Assembly (NCBI GenBank): GCA_002718345.1
Contig: PBDA01000017.1
Span: 17,884 to 81,883 of the forward strand
Reading direction: 5' to 3'
Origin: Rhodospirillaceae bacterium
GTDB taxonomy: Bacteria > Pseudomonadota > Gammaproteobacteria > Steroidobacterales > Rariloculaceae
Length of the DNA stretch: 64,000 nucleotides
Part shown: positions 34,415 through 43,519 of the stretch, one piece after another
How positions within the stretch are numbered: position 1 is the stretch's first letter
How the letters are laid out: each line of letters begins with the position of its first letter
The notes under the pieces: generated by a model
What the model was told of the DNA's origin: nothing
The model's database searches: none
Seen by the model: only the letters and a program-made list of their open reading frames with translations
Made by a program: the position numbers and the translations under genes

Positions 34415-37192
34415 TTAGTTGCCTAATAACCTTTCCATTATCGCGTCTCTGATGACGTCTTGCGCTTCACGCAGAAGTATTTCTCCAAAATCCGGCAGAA
34501 TAATTGGTTCACTAGTCGTGCCACTAAGCTTTAATGGAATTGAATTGCCGACTGCACCATCAAGCGTATTGCATTGCGAAATGGAAATGGCCTCGGTCAT
34601 TTCTGCATCAACATCGTAGTTAAGATTCTTAGAAGCTAGATCCATTCCCCCTTCAGCAGTTATTTGCAGATTAGGAGTAGTGGCCACTAGTTCATTTGTA
34701 GTGGCAATTCCATCATTAACTAAGTTGTTTCCTCGAAGCAAAATAAATTCTGTGAAAGGATCTTGGGTTGGTTCAGGTCTGGGATAGTTTCTTAGCCGGT
34801 TAAAATTATCACACAAACTATGGTTAAGATTGAACCCGTAGATTGCTCCCTCTCGGACCGCTACATCTATGAAACCTGTGGCACTGGATAATGATTCTTT
34901 AAGGCTTTCTCCTTCCCCGCTAAGTTCAAGTTCCAATGTTCCTGACCCTGATATGGATGTTTCTCCTGATAAGTCTGCTGTCATCGATGCGAGATCAATT
35001 GAAACACCAGATCCATTTATTGAAAGCAAGGAAGCTCCTGCACGTGAATCAAGTTCAACGTCTCCATCTAATTGACCTCCGTAGAAATCAGCATTAGCAG
35101 AATTAATTCTGCCTACGCCATTTTCAATTAATAGGCTTGTTGAGATATTGGAAAAGCTTAATCCGATAGCGGTCAAATCAGATACTGAAATTTGACCATT
35201 TACTCTGACTTGGTCTAATGCATTTTCCGGTAACAGCAAATCTTCATTAGTATTCTGATTAGAGCTGATGGCTTCGTTATTTTCAGTAGGTGCTAAGTAC
35301 CGGTCAAGGTTCAGTTTGTCCAGTGTTAGGTTGAAGGAATATGTTGGTAGTTCAAAGTCCTCTACTGTTAGATTGCCAGTTACTGAAGTATCGTCCAGCT
35401 GCATTCGAATGTTTTTAAAAAAACCATTATCTGAGTTAATAGTTACGTTGGTATTTATAGTTGCTGAAGTTAGTGCTGAGCTATCTGATGTAGACGGTAA
35501 TTCTTTGCCAAGTCTTTCGAATAAATCTCTAGGTGAAAATTCCTGAATTCTAAGATTTCCAGTGGTTTCTGGGATGTTCGAAAAATTTTGCATACTTAAG
35601 CTACCTTCGACTTGTAATCCAAACGCGCCAGCACTTAAATCTTCAAGTTGTAGAGAGTCAGTTTCACTTCTGTAGTCAAAGGTTGTGTTTACGTTCACGA
35701 TACCTAGTGCATCTGAGCCTAAAATACCAGGGATAAGAAGCGGGAAAATTGCCGGTAAAATTCCTGCGTCAATATCACTTGTCTGAATCCTGCCACGTAA
35801 TCTGGCGCCATTTTCTAAGCGATCTAAAGCCCCGTTTACCGAAGCTCCTGGAATAGCAGCATTAAAGTTTCTTATAGACAAGACTTGGTTGGTGCCAATA
35901 AAAAACTCAGTATCAAGTGTTAAATTTTTTAATTCAGAAAAATGTACCTGTTCTAAGACTTCGTTTGAAAAAAGGTTTGTGATTGTTGTTGGATTAAAAG
36001 AATCAGTGTTCACAGCTCCACTTATTTCACCTTCAGCGGTGGAAAGAGCGCCCTCAAAGCTTATGCCTAATGCCGTTCCTCGGACATTTTCCAGAGCTAA
36101 ATATTTCGTGCCCATCTCCAATGTGAAGTTAGTGTAGAAGTCAAAATTGCCAATTTCCGAATCTGATTCCAGACTAACTTCAAAAAAATTAAAGGCATTC
36201 TGTAAAGGAGCATCATCAATTCTTGCTTCACCAATTAGCATTGGTGTATCGGTTAGGTTTAACGGTGATATCTCCCAGTTAGTTACAATGCCGCCGATGG
36301 TTGTGTTCAGCAATCCAATATCTAAAATCTGCCTTTCAAGATTAAAAGACACTCTTTCAGTATTTGCGTCTATAACTAGCTGATTAGGGCCTAATGGTGG
36401 GTTTGTGAGATCTGCCTCCAGCTGAGCAGAACTTATTTGAATGAGATTACTCTGTCCTGAAAATTCCACATTTCCTTGGGCTAGGCCCGTGGCGCGTTCA
36501 TCGTGTTGTCCGTCTTCTAGTACAAACTCAAATTCTACATTATTTGCCTCGTAGTTCTGTGAGTTTATATCGACTGAAGTGACGCTATGAGCGTTCACGA
36601 TGACAGAAAAGGCTGGACTGACACTTACTAGCTGAAAGTCTAAAGAAACACTAATAGGTTCATTTGTTGTTATAGACCCAGTTTCTAGCTCAAGTTCAGA
36701 AATTATATATTTCACCTCGTCAAGGTTTTCGCGCCAGAATACAATTCCATCTCTTATGCTGAGCCCGGCGATATTGAGACTTTGAATTAATGGGTTGCTG
36801 TTGGTTTCTTGTTCAGTTTCAGGAATATCACTTTGAGCTTGCGGTATAAAACTTTCCCAGTTCGTAATCCCAGCTTGATTACGCGCTAAATTTAACTCAA
36901 GTCCTGCTAATTCAATCGTATCTATCTCAACGCGTTTTTGAATCAGAGGAAATAAACGAACTCTTGCAATTAGTCTTGCAACACTCGCAAATGGCTGAAC
37001 TCCAAATCCCTCAGTATTTCCAAGATGAACATTACTAGCTTGAATGCCAAGCCATGGGAAAAAAGTCAGTTCTAAATCGTCTTCAATGATGAAGCTGCGC
37101 CCTGTCTGTTCTTCAATCAGATTTGATAGTTGATCCTTATAGTCGTTCGGGTCGAATAGAAATCCGACTGCAATAATGGCGCTAACCAACAA
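34415..37192 (-). CDS. asmA: AsmA-family outer-membrane biogenesis protein
   Basis: An N-terminal anchor is followed by DPNDYKDQLSNLIEEQTGRSFIIEDDLELTFFPWLGIQASNVHLGN, a long beta-rich repeat region and the AsmA C-terminal segment. The start codon is problematic (see findings). Confidence 0.75.
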   Translation of the reverse strand: MLVSAIIAVGFLFDPNDYKDQLSNLIEEQTGRSFIIEDDLELTFFPWLGIQASNVHLGNTEGFGVQPFASVARLIARVRLFPLIQKRVEIDTIELAGLELNLARNQAGITNWESFIPQAQSDIPETEQETNSNPLIQSLNIAGLSIRDGIVFWRENLDEVKYIISELELETGSITTNEPISVSLDFQLVSVSPAFSVIVNAHSVTSVDINSQNYEANNVEFEFVLEDGQHDERATGLAQGNVEFSGQSNLIQISSAQLEADLTNPPLGPNQLVIDANTERVSFNLERQILDIGLLNTTIGGIVTNWEISPLNLTDTPMLIGEARIDDAPLQNAFNFFEVSLESDSEIGNFDFYTNFTLEMGTKYLALENVRGTALGISFEGALSTAEGEISGAVNTDSFNPTTITNLFSNEVLEQVHFSELKNLTLDTEFFIGTNQVLSIRNFNAAIPGASVNGALDRLENGARLRGRIQTSDIDAGILPAIFPLLIPGILGSDALGIVNVNTTFDYRSETDSLQLEDLSAGAFGLQVEGSLSMQNFSNIPETTGNLRIQEFSPRDLFERLGKELPSTSDSSALTSATINTNVTINSDNGFFKNIRMQLDDTSVTGNLTVEDFELPTYSFNLTLDKLNLDRYLAPTENNEAISSNQNTNEDLLLPENALDQVRVNGQISVSDLTAIGLSFSNISTSLLIENGVGRINSANADFYGGQLDGDVELDSRAGASLLSINGSGVSIDLASMTADLSGETSISGSGTLELELSGEGESLKESLSSATGFIDVAVREGAIYGFNLNHSLCDNFNRLRNYPRPEPTQDPFTEFILLRGNNLVNDGIATTNELVATTPNLQITAEGGMDLASKNLNYDVDAEMTEAISISQCNTLDGAVGNSIPLKLSGTTSEPIILPDFGEILLREAQDVIRDAIMERLLGN

Positions 37193-37395
37193 AATAGCCA
37201 GCGTTATGAGAATTGTGGCAAATTTTCTAATGATGTTATTAATTTCCTATAGTATGTTGCCGTTCTGTACGGGCTAATTGTTACCTATTTTATTAGTGTA
37301 TCAATATAAATAGTAAGGGAAGATACTGTTTTAGTTCGTTCTCTCGGATTTTCAATCCATAAAAAATGTAGTAAGCAAACAGGTTAAATATAACT

Positions 37396-38787
37396 ATGAG
37401 TAATGAGTTCGCAAGTATTTCGGAAGCAGCATCAATGATAAGGAATGGCACTACTTCTGCCTTTGATCTAACCAGCCACATGTTAGATCGAATTGATAGC
37501 ATGAATGATGCTTTAAATGCTTATGTAACAATTACTGCTGAAAGTGCCCTCAAGGAGGCAAAAATAGCCGATGATGAGCTTGCCAATGGTTTTGATAGAG
37601 GGCCTCTTCATGGTATTCCTGTCGCTATAAAAGATCTGATCGATACAAGTGGTGTTCTTACGACTGGCGGGTCACTGCATTACAAAGATAGGGTTCCATC
37701 AAAAGATGCGGCTGTGGTTGATCGCCTGAAGGAAGCCGGTGCTGTTTTACTAGGAAAGACAGGGTTACATGAGTTGGCATTTGGATCTACTTCAATTAAT
37801 CCGTTTTTTGGTGCTATCTCCAATCCTTGGAATCTTGATTACCATCCGGGTGGATCAAGCGGTGGTTCGGCGGTAGCAGTTGCCTCAGGGTTGGCATATG
37901 CAGCGATCGGGACAGATACAGGATGTTCAGTTAGACAACCGGCTCAGTGTTGTGGGATTGTTGGGCACAAGCCCACTTTCGGAATAGTAAGTAAAGCCGG
38001 AGTCATGCCGCTTGTTTCTTCAATGGATCATGTTGGACCAATGACACGCTGTGTTCGTGATTCTGCACTTGTTTTACAGGCAATAGTCGGCGCAGATTAT
38101 AGTGATTCATTATCTTTTGGCGGACCCTTTGAAAACTTAATTAAAAATCTAGAAAAGCCAATTGCAGGCGCAGTAGTGGGGATTCCAAGGGATTATTTTT
38201 TTGAGGGAGGCGATGAAGAGGTGATAGGGGTTGTAGAAAAGGCAATTCAAGTTTTTTCTGATCTTGGAGCTACAGTGTGTGATGTGAACTTTCCTGATTG
38301 TAATGAAGCATATGAAGCAGCAGATGCAATATTTTCTGAAATTGCTGGCGCGAATGGTGATGCATTAAATAGCAATCCAGGTGGATTTAGCGAAGAGTTT
38401 AAAAGTCGTTATGAAAGTGTAACTAAACATATAGGCAAAAATTACGATGAAGCTCAAGAATTCCGAAGCCACTTTAAAGAGGAAGTAGAGTCTGTAATGA
38501 GCATATGCGATATTTTAGCAATGCCTACCTCAACAGTTACTGCCGCTTTGAAATCAGAACAGCCCTCAGATCATGCAAAAGAGCGTCGAAAGAATGCATG
38601 TATATTTAATTTTACAGGTCAGCCATCTATTTCTGTGCCATGCGGCTTCACTGGATCAGGGCTACCGGTGGGATTAATGTTGTCAGGTAAACTAATGAAT
38701 GACTCCGCAGTATTGCGCTTCGCGCATGCTTTTGAGTCCGTTACGCAATGGAATACACATCATCCTCCAGATTTAAAAGAGCAATAG
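37396..38787 (+). CDS. Amidase-signature family amidase (GatA-like)
   Basis: GGSSGGSAVAVASG amidase signature, with the Ser-cisSer-Lys context (PVAIKDLID, GTDTGCSVRQPA). Confidence 0.85.
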   Translation: MSNEFASISEAASMIRNGTTSAFDLTSHMLDRIDSMNDALNAYVTITAESALKEAKIADDELANGFDRGPLHGIPVAIKDLIDTSGVLTTGGSLHYKDRVPSKDAAVVDRLKEAGAVLLGKTGLHELAFGSTSINPFFGAISNPWNLDYHPGGSSGGSAVAVASGLAYAAIGTDTGCSVRQPAQCCGIVGHKPTFGIVSKAGVMPLVSSMDHVGPMTRCVRDSALVLQAIVGADYSDSLSFGGPFENLIKNLEKPIAGAVVGIPRDYFFEGGDEEVIGVVEKAIQVFSDLGATVCDVNFPDCNEAYEAADAIFSEIAGANGDALNSNPGGFSEEFKSRYESVTKHIGKNYDEAQEFRSHFKEEVESVMSICDILAMPTSTVTAALKSEQPSDHAKERRKNACIFNFTGQPSISVPCGFTGSGLPVGLMLSGKLMNDSAVLRFAHAFESVTQWNTHHPPDLKEQ

Positions 38788-38835
38788 TCTCATGTCTTTC
38801 TCTATACTTAAGTTAGTGCATAGTTGTAATGAACG

Positions 38836-40065
38836 GTGCTTATAGTGAAATTTGTTTTAGTTTTTTTTCTCCTAGGACTCCTGAGTGCATGTGCCGAGTC
38901 TATATTTGAAATTCAAGGACCAGAGATGCTCGCTAGCCCTGCGGGCTCTGGTAGCGCACAACCGCATCTTTCTATAAGCGCTGATAATGATCTTGTATTG
39001 AGTTGGCTCGAGCCGACGGGCTCTCGATATGCACTTAAATTTTCAACTAAACAAAATGGTCAATGGTTGCCACCAAGAGAATTGGCTTCTGGATCAAACT
39101 GGTTTGTAAACTGGGCTGATTTTCCTTCAGTTGTACCTATCAAAGGAAATCTTTGGGCCGCCCATTGGCTTGTAATTCAAGAGGATGGTTTTGGTTATGA
39201 CGTGGTGCTGTCGATTTCCCAAGATTCTGGCAATAGTTGGTCAGAGCCTATTCCTTTACATTTGGACGGCACCTTGACTGAACATGGTTTTGTAACTCTT
39301 TTTCCTATGTTATCAGGAATAGGAGCTGTGTGGCTTGATGGACGAAACTTCATTCAAAATGGAGAGTTTGCCTTTGAAACATCGACTGGAGAATTACTTG
39401 GGATGAGCCTTCGTTACGCGCAGTTTGATGCTAATGGGAGCCACGTGATAGCACAGGAGCTTAATGATTTTGTTTGTGATTGTTGTCAGACAGATGTTGC
39501 GTTGATCGAAGGAGATGCTTTATTGGTTTACAGAGGCCGAACAATTGAGGAGGTTCGTGATATTGTTTTTCAGCGCTTCAGTGATAACGAATGGAATTCA
39601 CCTGAGGTTCTTCATGATGATAACTGGGTTATAGCAGGTTGCCCCATAAATGGGCCTGCTATAGATGCAATGGACAGTAATGTGGCTGTAGCTTGGTTTA
39701 GTGCAGCGACAGACCGACCCTTGGTCCGCCTAGCGTGGTCAGACAATGGAGGAAGAGATTTCGCAGAACCTATTGATGTTGATTTAGATGGAAGTTTTGG
39801 TCATGTCGATGTGGCAGTTATTGGTGATGATCAAAGTGCAGTTAGCTGGTTGAGATCAGAAGAAGATGGGCTGAGCTTAATGGTGAGAACAGTTCATAAC
39901 TCTGGGGAAATGGGTCCTCCTAGACTGGTTGCCAATATTGGAAGTATGCGTCCTTTAGGGTTTCCCCAGATGGTTTTTGACGGGTCAAATTTAATTTTTG
40001 CCTGGACTGATCTTAGTGATACACAGCATGTAAGAACTGCGGTTGTTGGTATTACATCCCCATAA
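38836..40065 (+). CDS. BNR/Asp-box beta-propeller lipoprotein (sialidase-like fold)
   Basis: Lipobox LLSAC, and Asp-box motifs SQDSGNSWSEP and SDNGGRDFAEP. GTG start. Confidence 0.6.
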   Translation: MLIVKFVLVFFLLGLLSACAESIFEIQGPEMLASPAGSGSAQPHLSISADNDLVLSWLEPTGSRYALKFSTKQNGQWLPPRELASGSNWFVNWADFPSVVPIKGNLWAAHWLVIQEDGFGYDVVLSISQDSGNSWSEPIPLHLDGTLTEHGFVTLFPMLSGIGAVWLDGRNFIQNGEFAFETSTGELLGMSLRYAQFDANGSHVIAQELNDFVCDCCQTDVALIEGDALLVYRGRTIEEVRDIVFQRFSDNEWNSPEVLHDDNWVIAGCPINGPAIDAMDSNVAVAWFSAATDRPLVRLAWSDNGGRDFAEPIDVDLDGSFGHVDVAVIGDDQSAVSWLRSEEDGLSLMVRTVHNSGEMGPPRLVANIGSMRPLGFPQMVFDGSNLIFAWTDLSDTQHVRTAVVGITSP

Positions 40066-40071
40066 AAAATA

Positions 40072-40089
40072 ACCGCGCCTAAGCGCGGT
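40072..40089. terminator. Bidirectional hairpin between convergent genes
   Basis: accgcgc-ctaa-gcgcggt. On the minus strand it is followed by TATTTTTT, so it is the better terminator for the RRM gene. Confidence 0.6.
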
Positions 40090-40117
40090 CATCATTTATT
40101 TGCTAGTAAATAAATTT

Positions 40118-40405
40118 TTACCAGCGGCCACCACCACCACCACCTTCATTTCTTGGTCGCATTGGCTTGGCTTCATTTACTGTCATTGGTCGGCCATCGT
40201 AATCGGTGCCGTTCAGCGCCTCGATTGCTGCTTGTGATTCCGATTCAGTTGACATTTCAACAAATGCAAACCCTTTGCTTCGACCAGTATTACGGTCAAT
40301 GATAAGGTTTGCTGATTCTACTGTGCCGTGTGCAGCGAATTTAGATTCTAAATCTGATTCACCAACTGAATACGGCAAATTACCTACATACAGACGCTTA
40401 CCCAT
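40118..40405 (-). CDS. RRM-type RNA-binding protein with glycine-rich tail
   Basis: RNP-2 LYVGNL, RNP-1 KGFAFVEM, C-terminal GGGGGGRW, and an AGGAGG Shine-Dalgarno. Confidence 0.85.
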   Translation of the reverse strand: MGKRLYVGNLPYSVGESDLESKFAAHGTVESANLIIDRNTGRSKGFAFVEMSTESESQAAIEALNGTDYDGRPMTVNEAKPMRPRNEGGGGGGRW

Positions 40406-40525
40406 GATACCTCCTAGGTTTTGGGAACCGCTCGAGAGGATCTGGACACCCGTCCGGCGCTCAACTACTGCGGTCAGCTATAACCCGCCTATTTTAGCGT
40501 GAGAGATCGTGAAAGATAGGGTTTT

Positions 40526-40720
40526 TTAAAAATTCTTTGTTTTTTTATTTCCTTGATCCAATATTGCAAAAAGCATTTCTGGAGACTCGCCAAGTGGAAA
40601 ATCCTTTGGTTCCTCAAGTCCCAGATCATCAATGGATGGAACAGTCGATATCTCTGTGCCTGAGCAGGCGCTCAATAAAAATAGGAATAGTGCTTTTACA
40701 ATTAAACAAGGAAAATTCAT
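40526..40720 (-). CDS. Hypothetical small lipoprotein
   Basis: Lipobox LLSAC after a hydrophobic N-terminus. 64 aa, with no recognisable family. Confidence 0.4.
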   Translation of the reverse strand: MNFPCLIVKALFLFLLSACSGTEISTVPSIDDLGLEEPKDFPLGESPEMLFAILDQGNKKTKNF

Positions 40721-40888
40721 TTTTTAATTTTTCTAGTCACTCAACTTCTAATATAAAAGCCTACTAGTGCTTAGACATCATTTCAATTCAGAATAATTAG
40801 AATAGACCATTTATAAGTAATAAGGTTATTGATATTAGGTATGCTGTGCTGCATTGTGGCAAATAGTTGTATGTAAAGATTTAAAATC

Positions 40889-41761
40889 ATGGTTCGTTTG
40901 GCAGATACTGACGTGCTAACTCGTGAAGTACTTAGTTGGAAGGGGTTACATCTCCTTCATTACACTACTTCCAGTTGCTCTCAAAAGACTCGCATTGTGC
41001 TAAATATGAAAGGCATCAGGTGGGAATCACATTTAGTAGATATCAGCAAAAAACAGAATAATGATGAATGGTTTCTAGGCATCAATCCTAGGGGGTTACT
41101 GCCTACCTTAATTCATGATGGTGCAGTACATATAGAAAGTGACGATATCATTATGTACTTAGATCAGATATATCCTCAGCCCAAGTTGGTTCCTGAAGGG
41201 CGAGAGGATGAAATGATAAATATGCTTGAACACGAAGATAATTTGCACCTAGACCTTAGAAATTTAACGATGCGCTATTTGATACCAGTAGATGTGGTTG
41301 GAAAATCCCAAGAAGTGTTAGAAAAATATCGTAAATATGGTTCAGGTACAGTCCAAGGAGACTCTGATACGAGAAGGCCTATAGAGCTGGATTATTGGGA
41401 ACGTTTTAATGCTGAAGGCGGTATCAGTGATCGAGCTGTTAAATCATCTGCATTACGTTTTCATGAGGAATTTAATTTTTTTGAGAAAACCCTTTTAAAA
41501 CAAAAATTTTTATTTGATGACGTGATATCTCTTCTCGATGTTGCTTGGTTTGTTTATGTTACACGCATGAAATTAGTGTCGTATCCCATTAAGAAGCTAC
41601 ACCCTAGACTAGATGCTTGGTATGAAGGTCTTAAAAAGCGCCCTGAATTTTTTGCAGAAACTGTTGTCCCCGAGCATTTGCAAAAACAGTTGCTTAGCCG
41701 TCATGAGACAGATTTAACTAATGGGAAATCACTCATTCATTTGGCTGGATTTCATACTTGA
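40889..41761 (+). CDS. Glutathione S-transferase-like protein
   Basis: Thioredoxin-like N-domain pattern (SSCSQKTRIVL..GI..E...VD......EWFLGINPRGLLPTLIHDG..IESDDIIMYL) plus a helical C-domain. Confidence 0.6.
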   Translation: MVRLADTDVLTREVLSWKGLHLLHYTTSSCSQKTRIVLNMKGIRWESHLVDISKKQNNDEWFLGINPRGLLPTLIHDGAVHIESDDIIMYLDQIYPQPKLVPEGREDEMINMLEHEDNLHLDLRNLTMRYLIPVDVVGKSQEVLEKYRKYGSGTVQGDSDTRRPIELDYWERFNAEGGISDRAVKSSALRFHEEFNFFEKTLLKQKFLFDDVISLLDVAWFVYVTRMKLVSYPIKKLHPRLDAWYEGLKKRPEFFAETVVPEHLQKQLLSRHETDLTNGKSLIHLAGFHT

Positions 41762-41795
41762 GGTTTGCAGAGAGGGTGGTGTCAATGAGAAAGAC

Positions 41796-41921
41796 TTATT
41801 TCGTTTTACTGCAAGTTTCGCTTTGAGAGTTAAACCTAGGCGGTTCATCTTGTTCAAAAACAAGGAATCCAGTAGCCACAATTGCGGCAGTAATCATGAC
41901 TAGAGAGATATCTCTGATCAT
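41796..41921 (-). CDS. Candidate 41-aa single-TM small protein (not in ORF track)
   Basis: Hand translation gives MIRDISLVMITAAIVATGFLVFEQDEPPRFNSQSETCSKTK, preceded by GGAGAAAAATC-ATG. No other support. Confidence 0.25.
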   Translation of the reverse strand: MIRDISLVMITAAIVATGFLVFEQDEPPRFNSQSETCSKTK

Positions 41922-41966
41922 GATTTTTCTCCGGCAAGCACTCGGCTGCTTGTTTTTAATGAAACC

Positions 41967-42995
41967 TTATCGTGCAGTCAGTAACTGCTGTTCACCTAAA
42001 ACTGAGCTTACAAACTGAAGAATAGCTGCACTGAGCTGAGTATCCTGTGTCCCAATACTTGGGTTTGGCGAATAATGATTATGTTTCATTAGCTGTACGA
42101 TCCGTGGTAATTGCCCCGCTTTTTCTGCGTACTCATTAATCAAGGCTGCCGTACCTATCAGTGAAGTATTTAAGTCAAATTCTGAAACGGTGAACATCAC
42201 AGGCGTTTCAACGCTACTGACATTACCAATGGTTGATATTTCTGGCCATCTAGAGAAGTCATCACCAAAATAAGCTATACGATTTTCTGCTGCTCTGGAT
42301 ATATCGGCATCATAAGTGCCTGAAACCATAATTACCCCTGTTGCCATCTCTATTTCTGTATCAAGTAAATCAGGCCTAAAGACATAAGTGGCAGCGTGCG
42401 CAGCAGCTGCGGACTTTGCTACTACAAAAACTTGATTTGGATTTCCACCAAAGTCGGCAATATTTGCTTTTACCCATGCTACGGCTGCACCTAAATCATT
42501 AGCACCATCAGGCCATTTTGCTTCTGGGGCCAGGCGATAAGTAGCGTTAACTCCGACAAGCCCTAGGCTGGCAAAATAATCAGCCACATTGCGATTTCCA
42601 TCCTTATTGCCTCGAACAAACCCGCCTCCGTGAAAATAAATAATTACTGGCATTAGTGTGTCTGTGCTTCGAGATTCATGGGTGTGAACATCAAGTAAAT
42701 GGCGTTCATGAGGTCCATAAGAGAGGTTTTGTGCAACGTGAATTTTTCCTAGGTCATAAACTCTAGGTTGGGTGCTGTAAAGAGGGCTGGTATCCCTAAA
42801 ATGCGTACCCTGTTCGGTAACACGTTTGATATCAGCTTCAAGTGACACGGGCATTTCATCCCCAAGGTGTTTCACACTAAGCCAATAATTTCTAGGGTCA
42901 TCCTCAAGTGTTTGTGCAAAAACTTTCATAGGTAGACTTAGTACTATTAAGGTAAAAATTGAGTACCATTTAAAAAGGCTGTAGCGGCTAAACAT
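41967..42995 (-). CDS. Secreted alpha/beta hydrolase (HGGG-type esterase family), nucleophile elbow AKSAA
   Basis: VIIYFHGGGFVRGNK and GVNATYRLAPEAKWP. It is a paralog of 55109..56095, but has AKSAA where the GxSxG elbow is expected. Confidence 0.7.
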   Translation of the reverse strand: MFSRYSLFKWYSIFTLIVLSLPMKVFAQTLEDDPRNYWLSVKHLGDEMPVSLEADIKRVTEQGTHFRDTSPLYSTQPRVYDLGKIHVAQNLSYGPHERHLLDVHTHESRSTDTLMPVIIYFHGGGFVRGNKDGNRNVADYFASLGLVGVNATYRLAPEAKWPDGANDLGAAVAWVKANIADFGGNPNQVFVVAKSAAAAHAATYVFRPDLLDTEIEMATGVIMVSGTYDADISRAAENRIAYFGDDFSRWPEISTIGNVSSVETPVMFTVSEFDLNTSLIGTAALINEYAEKAGQLPRIVQLMKHNHYSPNPSIGTQDTQLSAAILQFVSSVLGEQQLLTAR

Positions 42996-43151
42996 ATTTA
43001 ATGCTCCCGTTTATTAGTTTTTTAGCTATTTTTAATCATTATACATAGGTAATAACTACACATTGAGCACAAAAGAAGTTGTAAGGGCTTCCTATGAAGC
43101 TTTTCTGACGCTAGGATGCATCGCTTATAAAAATGCTAGGGATGGTGGTTG

Positions 43152-43469
43152 ATGCCAAAGATTGTCTACATAGAGCCTGACGGAACTAAAAAAGAATTAG
43201 ATGTTGAGGTCGGGTACACCGTTATGGAGGGTGCCACCATGAATGGCATAGAAGGTGTAGAAGCTGAGTGCGGAGGTGCTTGCTCATGTGCGACCTGTCA
43301 TGCGTATATAGATGAATCTTGGTTAAATAAATTACCAGAAATGGAAGGAATGGAAGATTCTATGTTGGAGGCTGCTGTGGAACGTAAGTCAAACAGCAGA
43401 CTTACCTGTCAAATTCAGGTTACTGAAGAGCTAGATGGCTTGATTGTTGAAGTTGCTCCAATTTATTAA
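43152..43469 (+). CDS. [2Fe-2S] ferredoxin, adrenodoxin/putidaredoxin type
   Basis: CGGACSCATCH ... TCQ cysteine pattern, 105 aa. Confidence 0.85.
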   Translation: MPKIVYIEPDGTKKELDVEVGYTVMEGATMNGIEGVEAECGGACSCATCHAYIDESWLNKLPEMEGMEDSMLEAAVERKSNSRLTCQIQVTEELDGLIVEVAPIY

Positions 43470-43477
43470 AAGGGATT

Positions 43478-43512
43478 GGTAGGCAACAGACGTCATTTGT
43501 CTGTTGCCTACC
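43478..43512. terminator. Perfect 14-bp hairpin between convergent genes
   Basis: ggtaggcaacagac (43478-43491), a 7-nt loop, then gtctgttgcctacc (43499-43512). The T-tract is weak on both sides. Confidence 0.55.
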
Positions 43513-43519
43513 CTAAATT

